IMG/VR virus record: IMGVR_UViG_3300020576_004352
Coordinates: 23,857-87,856 of that record
Reading direction: 5' to 3' (one strand)
Origin: a virus
Lineage: Duplodnaviria > Caudoviricetes
DNA length: 64,000 nt
The position numbers and the translations under genes are program-made. This document shows, piece after piece, positions 36,254 to 45,481 of this stretch. The first letter of the stretch is position 1, and each line of letters begins with the position of its first letter. The notes under the pieces were generated by a model. The model saw only the letters and a program-made list of their open reading frames with translations, was not told the origin of the DNA and did not search any database.

Positions 36254-37561
36254 ATGCGAATGGCCAAAAGTTATCTACCCGAAAATAATAACGCTGTAAA
36301 GCACCTACCTATGCAACAGAAGATGGAGGCGCTTGAGATTTTATACCAGAAAATACATCCGCACCTGAGCCCTGCCGAGAGCATGGTTCTCAACTTCATT
36401 TATATGCGGACGTATAAGTGGGGCAAGGTCAGCGAACACATTAGTTTCAAGCACTTCCTAGAGGGCATATTCACCCATGAGGGAGAGTCGCTGCTAGCTG
36501 GGCTTAATATGTCCCGGAGAACACTGGGCACGTGCCTGAACTCCCTGAAGGACAAAGGGGTGATTTTCGCCACAGAGCACAAGAAAAATAACGGGCAGGA
36601 CGATATGTCCGAATACCGGATGAACATGGAGTGGACTTCTATGCTGAAAATGCCGAAAAGACTAAAAACTAGCGGAAATCCTGAGAAAAATGGGGGGTGC
36701 AAATCTTGCCAAGGGGGGGTGCAAAATTTGCCAGAGGGGGGTGCAAAATTTGCACCCCTTAAGTACATAAATAAAATACATAAAGATAAACAAGTAGAGC
36801 GACAGGCGGAGCCTGCGCATACCGAAGAGGATATTTTATCAGCGATAAGCACTGCCAAAGGCAGAGCGACGGCTTCCCGGTTAAAGAAGGTTGAGCGTGC
36901 CCGGAGTAATCCGCAGAGCGTGGCCAGCCTTTTCACGGTTTGGGAACACGCCTTGCGGACACACTTCCCGGATTACCCGGTGGTGCAGCCTTGGACACGC
37001 AAGCAGCTGGGCCAGATGGCGGACTTCCGCACCGCCTTCGGCAAGAGCAACACGGGGGCAAGCGTCGCGGCTTTTGTGGAGTTTTGTGTCCAGCATTGGC
37101 GGCGCATAGGCGTGCTGCAATTCGCAAATCTGAAAAATGGAAGTTTCCCACTTTACCCGGATATTGGTTTCCTGATGGGCATGAAGCGGGGCTTTCTCAC
37201 CAGCTTCGCGGATAATGATTTTGCAGGCCGCACCGCCAAGTTTACCGAGGCGGATCGCAAGACCGCCAAGCTGCTCCGGCAAGGGTACACGCAGGCCGAG
37301 GCCGAGCGGGCCGTGCAGCAGGATACGGGCAGCAGGCGGGCTCTTGACCAGCAGCTGGCAGAGAATGACCGCGCCCGGCTCGATAACATTGCCCTGAAGC
37401 GAAAGCTGGAGGATGCCAAGCGTGATAATCGCGACCTGCGGGAGCTGGCTGCGGTGGGGGCCAAGGAGCGGGTACTCGCCAAATTTGAGAAGGCAAAGAT
37501 GAAAATAAATATCCGGGACGGGGACGCAGAGCTTCAGCCTTTGCCCGGCTGGTGCGAATAA
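36254..37561 (+). CDS. Replication initiator protein (lambda O-like)
   Basis: N-terminal wHTH (LSPAESMVLNFIYMRTYKW...MSRRTLGTCLNSLKDKGVI); internal iterons; upstream of loader and helicase. Confidence 0.75.
   Translation: MRMAKSYLPENNNAVKHLPMQQKMEALEILYQKIHPHLSPAESMVLNFIYMRTYKWGKVSEHISFKHFLEGIFTHEGESLLAGLNMSRRTLGTCLNSLKDKGVIFATEHKKNNGQDDMSEYRMNMEWTSMLKMPKRLKTSGNPEKNGGCKSCQGGVQNLPEGGAKFAPLKYINKIHKDKQVERQAEPAHTEEDILSAISTAKGRATASRLKKVERARSNPQSVASLFTVWEHALRTHFPDYPVVQPWTRKQLGQMADFRTAFGKSNTGASVAAFVEFCVQHWRRIGVLQFANLKNGSFPLYPDIGFLMGMKRGFLTSFADNDFAGRTAKFTEADRKTAKLLRQGYTQAEAERAVQQDTGSRRALDQQLAENDRARLDNIALKRKLEDAKRDNRDLRELAAVGAKERVLAKFEKAKMKINIRDGDAELQPLPGWCE
36692..36790. repeat. Probable replication origin: three GGGGGGTGCAAA iterons plus A-rich tract
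   Basis: Third copy is the inverted repeat GGGGTGCAAA-A-TTTGCACCCC; followed by TTAAGTACATAAATAAAATACATAAAGATAAA. Confidence 0.75.
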
Positions 37562-38118
37562 TGACTGTCGAGCAGAAGAAGGACGAGATCGCCCGCAGCA
37601 TGGTGAGCGCAGGGATAGGGAACTTTTATCACGGGGTTACGTTAGCGTCCTTCGGCTCAGCAGGTGAGCAGGTGAAATCGCGCATGAATGAACCGGGGTT
37701 CAAATCAGCGGTACTATCAGGCAGCGGATTTAACATACTCAGTACCGATCTCAAGGAATGCACCTTCCCATTTGTGGTGGCGCGGGCCTTACGTCTCGCC
37801 CGCATTGATGCGCGAGCTGTCCGCCTGATGCCCCTGCTGCGGTTTATCGAGGCCGGGCATACGGAAGACTTTGACGATATCCGGTTTGCTGAGTTTAACC
37901 GTGCACAGGCGTTGGTCATTCCGGGATTTTTTGAGCAGCTTGATGAGAAACCTTTCACGCGCAGAGAGCTGTACCGAATTGAAAACTTCCTGACCGAGAT
38001 GATGGATAACGGGTTCTCGGTCAGCGTGCAGCACTACGGCAGCCTTGACAGACAGGACTGGTTTTCGCCCCGCCTTATTGCCCGGCTGCGAGAGTGTAAT
38101 ATGGAGGTCACGATATGA
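37561..38118 (+). CDS. DnaC/IstB-like helicase loader with degenerate P-loop
   Basis: TAATG coupling; position between initiator and DnaB; overall layout DnaC-like, no GxxGxGKT. Confidence 0.5.
   Translation: MTVEQKKDEIARSMVSAGIGNFYHGVTLASFGSAGEQVKSRMNEPGFKSAVLSGSGFNILSTDLKECTFPFVVARALRLARIDARAVRLMPLLRFIEAGHTEDFDDIRFAEFNRAQALVIPGFFEQLDEKPFTRRELYRIENFLTEMMDNGFSVSVQHYGSLDRQDWFSPRLIARLRECNMEVTI
37689..37702. promoter_or_regulatory. Palindromic site TGAACCGGGGTTCA
   Basis: Inside the loader gene. Confidence 0.65.
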
Positions 38119-39428
38119 GCCTAGGACTTAATGCCGTTCGGGCAATCGTCGATAATGGCTCCCTCGAGCTTTTCCGCACACTGAAGCCTGAATGGTTCGT
38201 GGACACGGAAGAGCCTATCTATGCGTTTGTGCAGGGCCACGTGCGCAGGTACGGCACTCTTCCGGGTATAGAGACGCTGCGGGAGAATGGGCACCGTCTC
38301 GCCGCTGTGCGCGAGCCAGCAGCCTATTACGTTGAGCGGCTGGCCCAGCGGGCTGTCTATGCTGCGGTGAGTGACCGCCATGCTGAATTCATTGAGGCTA
38401 TGAAGAGCCGTGACACCGAGCAGATTAAACAGCACCTTGCTGAAATGCTCGTGGCCACAAGGCAGGTGGATTACCGGCAGGACTACTCAACTCTCATGGA
38501 GCAGCTGCAAGGTGTCATAAGCGACTATCAGGAGGCGAAGCGATGCCCCGGCCTTCAAGGTGTCACGCTGGGAAACCCTGTGCTGGATGCGGTAACCAAC
38601 GGGGGGCAGGCAGGTGATCTGATCGTGATCGCTGGACGCCCCAATATCGGCAAGAGCTGGGCACTGCTATCAATGCTGCGCGGCGCTTGGAAGGCCGGGC
38701 ATAGTGCGGCAGTGGTATCGATGGAGATGCCTTCACGTCAGCTGTCCCGCCGTCTTCTGGGCATGGAGAGCGGCCTTAACCCCGATATGCTGCGGCGAGG
38801 TGAGCTGTCCTCAAATTATGGGGAGAGTGCCTTCTACCAGACGATTGAGCGGATCGGAAACCTGCCGCCTATAAGTTTCCTAGAGGGCAGTTTCAGAAAG
38901 ACTGTCGCGGATATTGATAACCTCGTGCAGCAGCGTGCCCCGGATATCTTACTGGTGGATGCCGCCTATCTTGTCTCGCCAACCAGTGCCCAGCGTAACG
39001 CTTCTGTTCGGGACTTAAAGAACACGGTACTTGAGGAGCTGAAGAGCTTGGCAATTGATCGTCGCATACCGGTGGTGCTGAGCTGGCAGTTGAACCGGGA
39101 GGCCAAGCGCAATGGGAAGAACGGACTTGACCTCAGCCATATCGCAGAGACTGATGGGCTGGGACAGATCGCGTCGGTAGTGATTGGGATGGTCAAGGGC
39201 AAGGTGCCACTTGAGGCCAGCACTCGTGAATATCAGATCATCAAAAACCGTGAAGGTCAGTTATTATCATATCATACCAACTTCTCTTTTAACCCCATGA
39301 ACTTTGACTATATCGAGGGTAGCGAGTTCGAGGACGGGGTTAGACCAGAGGGCTCTGGTGATACTGATGAGGGCGTGAGTGAGACAGATCGTAATATGGA
39401 TATGGAAAACAGCGGCTGGGAGATTTAG
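38115..39428 (+). CDS. dnaB: DnaB-like replicative helicase
   Basis: AGRPNIGKS, SMEM, LVDAAYL, LSWQLNRE, IIKNREG. Confidence 0.92.
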   Translation: MSLGLNAVRAIVDNGSLELFRTLKPEWFVDTEEPIYAFVQGHVRRYGTLPGIETLRENGHRLAAVREPAAYYVERLAQRAVYAAVSDRHAEFIEAMKSRDTEQIKQHLAEMLVATRQVDYRQDYSTLMEQLQGVISDYQEAKRCPGLQGVTLGNPVLDAVTNGGQAGDLIVIAGRPNIGKSWALLSMLRGAWKAGHSAAVVSMEMPSRQLSRRLLGMESGLNPDMLRRGELSSNYGESAFYQTIERIGNLPPISFLEGSFRKTVADIDNLVQQRAPDILLVDAAYLVSPTSAQRNASVRDLKNTVLEELKSLAIDRRIPVVLSWQLNREAKRNGKNGLDLSHIAETDGLGQIASVVIGMVKGKVPLEASTREYQIIKNREGQLLSYHTNFSFNPMNFDYIEGSEFEDGVRPEGSGDTDEGVSETDRNMDMENSGWEI

Positions 39429-39430
39429 AA

Positions 39431-42400
39431 ATGGCGCGTAAGCTAAGTGCTCCGGTAGAGGAAGATACGATTGCCCCGGTCAAACTGAAGAGGCTGCCCA
39501 CTCTCGGTGATATGGAGCGGGCGCGTATTGCTGTGGTGTGCGATGCGCCAAGCCAGAAGAGTTGGGATAAGTGTCTGCCGATCAGTGACGGTGCCTTGAA
39601 CCTCTTTGCCAGCACGGCTACTGAGTGTGACTTCAAGAAAGATGATTTTTTCTTTATTGCGCCGTGCCCTCCGATCCCTGAGGAGATTGAGAAAAACGAG
39701 CGCCGCATTGCGGCCCATGCGCTGCCTTACCAAGAGCAGGTCAAGTCCATTATTGAGGACATGCAGCCCGACCTGATTATTTTCATGGGCAAGTGGGGCG
39801 GGCGTGTTCTTACCGGGAAGTCAGTAAAGATTACGAAAGCCCGTGGCACCTTTATCAGCGTGAATGTGGCTGGTACTGATTATCCTGTGCTGCCCATGCT
39901 GTCGCCCGGCCATGTGTATCATCGCCCGGAGCTAAAAGATATTTTCGTTACTGATTTTATGATGGCCATGCGTTTGCGTGACCGCAAGTATAACCTTGCC
40001 GCTGTACAGGCTGACATAAGCGACACCAAGGACTACCGGTGGTGTACTGACCTTTCGGAGTTATTAGCTAACCCGCCTAAGATGATCTCAGTGGATACTG
40101 AAACCACTGGTCTTAAATGGTGGACGGCAGGCACCGATGACCCGGACGCTGTAAAGATTTTGACGGTGCAGATTGGCTTGGGTAAGGGCCGTGCGCTGGT
40201 AGTGCCCATGGACTGCGACTACTACCCTGAGCTTACTCCAAAGAAGCGGGCGAAGCTGTTAGGGCAGTTGCGCAAACTTCTCGAAAATCCAAAGATTAGA
40301 AAGGCTGGGCATAATTTCAAATACGATACCCACGTGCTTCGTGAGGATTTGAATATCTATATCGACTATGACTGCGACACACAGTTGCTGGCCTTTATCG
40401 TTGACGAAAACATGCAGGAAAAGAGCTTGGACGAATGTGTGCGCCGTTGGGTGCCTCGCCTTGCTGGATACAATGACGAGCTGAATAAGAAGCTGGATAA
40501 AGAGAACATGCGCTCCACCTCCCATGAGGACATGCTGGAGTATGGTGGTGGCGACGTTGACGCTACATTTGACTTGGCGCTGATCCTCACCAAGCTGGGC
40601 AAGAAGGATGCCCGGCAATGGAATTGCTACCAGCGGATTATTCTCCCTGCGATTAAGGCATTCTGCGATCCCGTGGAGCTATATGGTGTTCGCGTGAATA
40701 CCAAAGTTTTGACTGACCTTGAACGTGAGCTGGCCATAGCGGAGCGTGAGCAATACGACATTCTGATTGATCAGGTACCTGCCGCCATTAAGCGCAAGCA
40801 CGCTGACAAAGGCCTGAAGTTTAGCCGTGCCGCTTTTTTAGTGGACATTCTTTTCACCAAGCAGGGGCTTAACCTGAAGCCGCGTGTGTTCACAGCTAGC
40901 ACAGCGAAGCTGCCTGAGGATCAGCGCATACCCTCCGTATCCGCGAAGCAGCACCTGCCCTTCTTTATCGAGAACCCCTTTGTGGCGCAACTATCCGAAT
41001 ACGTGAAGCTGGAGAAGTTGCGCAGCACCTATGTGGGCGTGCCCTATGATGAGAAGAAGAAAGGCCCGACTGGTTTCTGGCAGTACATCCATAACAATGA
41101 AATCCACCCATCCTTTATCCTGCACCGTACTGTCACAGGACGTGCTGCTTGTTTAACAGGTGATACTTTAATATCTGTTTTGGATGAGCGCGGGCTTGTT
41201 CCGATGCGAGATATTAAAGAGGGTGATTGGGTTTGGTCATTTAATGACCAGCTTAAACCGCAAGCGGCAAAAGTAAGCTGGTCAGGCAAAACGAAGAAAA
41301 AAACGAAAATAGTTAGGGTAAGCTACTTAACGCAGGGAACGCGAGAAGTTAAAAGCATCCGTTGCACCCCCGATCATCTTTTTAGATTGCGGGATGGTTC
41401 TTATGTCCGCGCCGATCAGCTAAGCGCGGGCCACCGCCTTCTTTCCATAGAACGGCAAGAAAATGAACGTGGCTACCGCAGAGTACATTTTACCGGATGC
41501 GAAGGCCGTTCATGGCCAGAACACCGATTAGTATACCAGTCTATGCATAGCGAGCTTACAGAGCATGTCCACCATGTGGATGAATGTAAACTAAATAATT
41601 GCCCTGATAATCTCGAAGGGCTTACGAATGAAGAGCATGGAACCCGTCATCGCTGGACACCTAAACGTACTGCACAGATGAAGGCGTATCGTGCAAAACT
41701 TAAAAAAGAAAATCGCCTTCCTGCTATCAAAAGGCGCACAGGCAAAAACCATCCTATGTACTACGAGCTAGATGTAGAATGGGCTAAAAAGGTTCTTTGG
41801 GATAACGGTGGAAAGCCGAGTGTATTCAGAGACGTATATGACCTAGATTACACGGCGATAATGACCAAACTCAAAGCAGCCGGGGTTGACTGGCGTGCCA
41901 TAAGAAGCAGCTTTAATTCCCGTGGTGAGCGTATTGATGATGCCTTACTAGCCAAGGCGAAAAAAGCCAATACCCTTCATGAAGCTGCTAAAACCTTAGG
42001 TGTAAACTTTTATCGCGCTAAAGAGCTTTTAGCAGACGATCATAATCATGCGGTTGTAGGGGTTGAGTATTTAAACCAGCGCGAAGATGTGTACGACATA
42101 ACCGTTCCCGGCACTCATAATTTCATTGCGAATGGGGTGTGTGTTCATAACAGTGTAAATCCAAATGGCCAAAACTTCCCCAAGCGAGGCAAGCTGGCCA
42201 AGACCTACCGTAAAATCTTTGTGGCGCGTAAGGGTTACAAATTATTGGAATGTGACCTCTCGCAGGCGGAGATCAGAATTGCCGCATGGATGGCAAATGA
42301 AAAGAACATGATCCGTATCTACAAGGCCGGGGGCGACATTCACGCCGCCACTGCGGCTCACACAATGGGCCTCACGTTAGAGCAATTTAACGCGCTGGAT

Positions 42401-43030
42401 AAGGACACAAAGAAGGCAAAACGCCAGCAGGCTAAGGCTGTGGTTTTCGGTTATATCTACGGAATGTGGTGGAAGAAGTTTAAGATATATGCAAAGACAG
42501 ATTATAACTTAGATTTTACTGATGAACAAGCAGCCAAACTAAGAGAAGATTTTTTCAGTGCGTATCCCGGCCTTGTAGAATGGCATGAAGCCATGCGAGA
42601 TCAGGTGAACAAGTATGGGTATGTTCGGGCTTTACACGGGGCTAAGCGTAACCTGCCCTCAGTGTATTCCCCGGAAGACTATATCAAACAGGAAGCGCAG
42701 CGGCAGGCGATTAACTCCCCAGTGCAGCGGTTTGCCTCTGATCTTGGTTTGATGGCCATGGTACGCCTTACCCGCGATGCCGACCCGGAGGTTATCCGCC
42801 CGTTATTGTTCATTCACGATGCGCTTGTGGTTGAGGTGAAGGAAGAATTTGCTGAGCAGGCGCAGGGCTGGATTAAGTATTATTTTGAGAGCGCCCCTCT
42901 TGAAAAATGGTTTGATATTGTTCCACCTTTACCAATCGTGGCAGACGTTTCTACCGGCTACAATCTTGGTGAGATGGAAGAATGTGAAGGTGTCAAAGCG
43001 GTTAAGCCTCCCTTTGCAGGTGTTGATTAA
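39431..43030 (+). CDS. polA: Family A DNA polymerase with UDG-like N-terminus, 3'-5' exonuclease and intein
   Basis: SVDTETTG, GHNFKYD, YGGGDVD; TVTGRAA/intein/SVNPNGQNFP; DLSQAEIR, AKAVVFGYIYG, IHDAL. Confidence 0.95.
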   Translation: MARKLSAPVEEDTIAPVKLKRLPTLGDMERARIAVVCDAPSQKSWDKCLPISDGALNLFASTATECDFKKDDFFFIAPCPPIPEEIEKNERRIAAHALPYQEQVKSIIEDMQPDLIIFMGKWGGRVLTGKSVKITKARGTFISVNVAGTDYPVLPMLSPGHVYHRPELKDIFVTDFMMAMRLRDRKYNLAAVQADISDTKDYRWCTDLSELLANPPKMISVDTETTGLKWWTAGTDDPDAVKILTVQIGLGKGRALVVPMDCDYYPELTPKKRAKLLGQLRKLLENPKIRKAGHNFKYDTHVLREDLNIYIDYDCDTQLLAFIVDENMQEKSLDECVRRWVPRLAGYNDELNKKLDKENMRSTSHEDMLEYGGGDVDATFDLALILTKLGKKDARQWNCYQRIILPAIKAFCDPVELYGVRVNTKVLTDLERELAIAEREQYDILIDQVPAAIKRKHADKGLKFSRAAFLVDILFTKQGLNLKPRVFTASTAKLPEDQRIPSVSAKQHLPFFIENPFVAQLSEYVKLEKLRSTYVGVPYDEKKKGPTGFWQYIHNNEIHPSFILHRTVTGRAACLTGDTLISVLDERGLVPMRDIKEGDWVWSFNDQLKPQAAKVSWSGKTKKKTKIVRVSYLTQGTREVKSIRCTPDHLFRLRDGSYVRADQLSAGHRLLSIERQENERGYRRVHFTGCEGRSWPEHRLVYQSMHSELTEHVHHVDECKLNNCPDNLEGLTNEEHGTRHRWTPKRTAQMKAYRAKLKKENRLPAIKRRTGKNHPMYYELDVEWAKKVLWDNGGKPSVFRDVYDLDYTAIMTKLKAAGVDWRAIRSSFNSRGERIDDALLAKAKKANTLHEAAKTLGVNFYRAKELLADDHNHAVVGVEYLNQREDVYDITVPGTHNFIANGVCVHNSVNPNGQNFPKRGKLAKTYRKIFVARKGYKLLECDLSQAEIRIAAWMANEKNMIRIYKAGGDIHAATAAHTMGLTLEQFNALDKDTKKAKRQQAKAVVFGYIYGMWWKKFKIYAKTDYNLDFTDEQAAKLREDFFSAYPGLVEWHEAMRDQVNKYGYVRALHGAKRNLPSVYSPEDYIKQEAQRQAINSPVQRFASDLGLMAMVRLTRDADPEVIRPLLFIHDALVVEVKEEFAEQAQGWIKYYFESAPLEKWFDIVPPLPIVADVSTGYNLGEMEECEGVKAVKPPFAGVD
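41150..42151 (+). other. 334-aa intein with HNH endonuclease
   Basis: CLTGDT start, CTPDH block B, EHRLVY...HVHHVDECKLNNCPDNLE, VYDITVPGTHNFIANGVCVHN end, +1 Ser. Confidence 0.92.
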
Positions 43031-43037
43031 AAAAGCA

Positions 43038-43067
43038 CTTGACAAAAAAAATGTAATGGGTTAGGGT
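43038..43067 (+). promoter_or_regulatory. Promoter P4
   Basis: CTTGACA-N17-TAGGGT. Confidence 0.7.
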
Positions 43068-43104
43068 ATGCGTGTTGGTAAACCCTAACTTACTGGAGAC
43101 GACC

Positions 43105-43554
43105 ATGACCCGCATTACAAAGACCGCTGTTGCCCGTGAGCGCACCCGCACGATTGACCTGACTGTTGAGGTTACGCCGGAGGAAGAGCTGCGCAAGCTG
43201 ACGGTGGCTACCTACAAGACAAACAAAGAGGCCAATGCTGCGAAGAATACCTACGAGAAAACCCGCAGCTCCCTTTTGGCAGCTATGGGAAAGCACAGCC
43301 GCAAGCATTTTGTGACCGGCGCTGTTGACCTTGGCGGTGGCGCTGTAAGCAGCCTCAAGGCTGAGGTTAAAGCCCCTGAGGGTAATGACGTTGACGTTTC
43401 CAAGCTGCGCACACTGGTGACGGATGACGTGTTTATGAAAATCATTAAGGCTACCCAATCCAGTGTTGAAGCCCATGCGGGTAAGACGGTGCTGGCGCAG
43501 TGCCTTATCCCCACAAAGGGCGAACCCAATGTTAGCGTGAAGGTGCAGAAGTGA
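43105..43554 (+). CDS. Hypothetical basic protein with N-terminal RERTRTIDL
   Basis: ATG 43105 with GGAGA RBS. Confidence 0.6.
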   Translation: MTRITKTAVARERTRTIDLTVEVTPEEELRKLTVATYKTNKEANAAKNTYEKTRSSLLAAMGKHSRKHFVTGAVDLGGGAVSSLKAEVKAPEGNDVDVSKLRTLVTDDVFMKIIKATQSSVEAHAGKTVLAQCLIPTKGEPNVSVKVQK

Positions 43555-44042
43555 GCGAGGAGGCCGACATGAAAACCAATGTTGTTATGCCCGCCGCCTT
43601 TGCCGGCCGGGCAGATGCCGAGACGCTTTCCCGTCTTCGTGAGCACGGCGTGGTGACTGGAGTTCTCGTACTCGATGATAGCGAGCTTAAAGAGCCCGAC
43701 TATGGCGAGGACACTCTCGGCATCCTGACCGAAGACGAGGCCCAGATGTACGCTGCCTATTGGGAGGCACACAAGGCCCTGAGGGACATGCAGCGGAAGG
43801 TCGGGGCGGAACTGCTGCATAGGTTGGGGGATGCTGTGGCATCACAGAAGGAGAAGGAGGGGTTTGATAAAGAGCCTCCTCTCACTGAAGGCGAGGCGCA
43901 GGAATTTCACAGAGCCCTGCGCAAGGTTGATTACCTCAAGAACCTTTTCTTCTGGGTGATTGGTGAGAAATATAACACACACGATTTTACACTTGGCGTG
44001 CGTACCAAGCGTCGCATTATTAAGGGCCGCAGAAAATGGTGA
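43551..44042 (+). CDS. Hypothetical protein
   Basis: GTGA-coupled ORF; stop codon is the TGA of a palindromic site. Confidence 0.55.
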   Translation: MSEEADMKTNVVMPAAFAGRADAETLSRLREHGVVTGVLVLDDSELKEPDYGEDTLGILTEDEAQMYAAYWEAHKALRDMQRKVGAELLHRLGDAVASQKEKEGFDKEPPLTEGEAQEFHRALRKVDYLKNLFFWVIGEKYNTHDFTLGVRTKRRIIKGRRKW

Positions 44043-44053
44043 ACCCCGGTTCA
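44040..44053. promoter_or_regulatory. Palindromic site TGAACCCCGGTTCA
   Basis: Its TGA is a stop codon; upstream of primase. Confidence 0.75.
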
Positions 44054-44080
44054 AACCGGGTATGTGTGTGAGGTGTAACC

Positions 44081-45142
44081 ATGGATGAGCCGTCACTGCG
44101 ACATGTCTTGCGGCAGCTTGGCATAAAGGTTGCGAACAAATCAGGCAAATGGTTAGAGTTTTCTTGCCCCTTCGCGGAATTTACGCATGGATCAGGCAAG
44201 GATAATAGACCGTCTGCCGGTGCTGTCATTGACCTAAATAAGCCCTCTAACTACAAGTGCCACTCATGCAAGAAGCATGGCCGTATCTCCAGCCTTGTGC
44301 GGTCACTTGAATTTTACCGGGAAGAGACTTACCCCGGCCTTTCTCTTGAGGCCGACTTGGCAGACGCCAGCGTGGCTATTGGCGACTTTGAGCATACCGA
44401 GGAAGAGCCTGAGATGCTGCCCCCGCCCCTGAATGAGGCAGCCTACGGTAACTTATACGGGTCTGCCTACGATGACCCCGAGGCCCGCGCCTATCTCAAG
44501 GGGCGAGGCATATCGCGCATGACCGCCGAGTTTCTTGAGTTGGGGTTTGACCCCGGTGAAGAGCGCGTTATATTTCCTGTGCGCCACACTGACGGAAGGC
44601 TCTATGGGTTTACAGGGCGATCCATATTGACGCCTGACGAGTACCCGACGCATTACAATTATCCGAAGGTCAGGGACTTTCAAGACCTTCCAAAAAAGAT
44701 GCTGCTGCTGGGGGCGGACTTGGTGGAGGAGGACGGCCTCCCTATCTTCGTGGTCGAGGGCCTGTTTGGTTACGCGCACCTGATGGAAATTCGCGCTAAC
44801 GAGTATTGTCACCCTGTCGCGCTGCTGGGGTCGGAGCTGACCGAGTATAAAGCGGATATTTTGCGGGAGTGGAACCGAACAACCATCCTACTCCCGGACA
44901 ACGATGCAGCAGGGGATGCCTGCTTGTTCGGTCACTTTGATAAGAAGGCGCAGCGTCACGAGGGCGACGGGGCAATAGCGAAACTGGAAGGGCATATCCC
45001 GCTGCTGGTTCCCCGGTGGCCGAAGGGAAAAGACGACCCGGACATGTTAACCTTATCGGAGGTTGTGGATATGATAAATCATACTCCCCTGCACAATTTA
45101 CGCTTGACAAAAAATATGAAAAAGGATAAGAGGCATGACTGA
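44081..45142 (+). CDS. DNA primase (zinc-binding domain plus TOPRIM)
   Basis: CPF...H...D..PS...CHSC; FVVEGLFG; LLPDNDAAG; KDDPD. Confidence 0.88.
   Translation: MDEPSLRHVLRQLGIKVANKSGKWLEFSCPFAEFTHGSGKDNRPSAGAVIDLNKPSNYKCHSCKKHGRISSLVRSLEFYREETYPGLSLEADLADASVAIGDFEHTEEEPEMLPPPLNEAAYGNLYGSAYDDPEARAYLKGRGISRMTAEFLELGFDPGEERVIFPVRHTDGRLYGFTGRSILTPDEYPTHYNYPKVRDFQDLPKKMLLLGADLVEEDGLPIFVVEGLFGYAHLMEIRANEYCHPVALLGSELTEYKADILREWNRTTILLPDNDAAGDACLFGHFDKKAQRHEGDGAIAKLEGHIPLLVPRWPKGKDDPDMLTLSEVVDMINHTPLHNLRLTKNMKKDKRHD
45103..45132 (+). promoter_or_regulatory. Possible weak promoter P5
   Basis: CTTGACAAAAAAT with poor -10 (TAAGAG). Confidence 0.35.
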
Positions 45143-45479
45143 AGATCAGGGTATCTTCATTGAGCAATGTATGGCCTGCTTTAAGGCGGGACGGGGTATA
45201 ACACTGCGGCTGGCTCGAAGAGCGAAACGGCTGTTTATAATACCAGAATGCCTAGCCTCCGATGGGGGACGTGGACTGATACTGATATACGAAGGTGGTG
45301 GATCGTACATCCACGATGGAGATAAACCCCTATCACAGTGGAAGCTGGTTAGCGCCAGCTTCCCGCTCATGGTGGCAGAGAAGGTTGCTCCACTGGTGAA
45401 TGAGCTGGTGGAGCGGATACGGGCAGAGGGCCCTACGCAAGCGGTGGCAGTACCGCAATTGACAAAGAGGAGTGGTTAA
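45135..45479 (+). CDS. Hypothetical protein
   Basis: Coupled ORF, 114 aa. Confidence 0.5.
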   Translation: MTEDQGIFIEQCMACFKAGRGITLRLARRAKRLFIIPECLASDGGRGLILIYEGGGSYIHDGDKPLSQWKLVSASFPLMVAEKVAPLVNELVERIRAEGPTQAVAVPQLTKRSG

Positions 45480-45481
45480 AT

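Noticed and set aside
36199-37275. ACCGCCAAGCTGCT shared by the pre-initiator hairpin and initiator coding sequence
   Set aside because: One 14-nt match in GC-rich coding DNA; plausible by chance.
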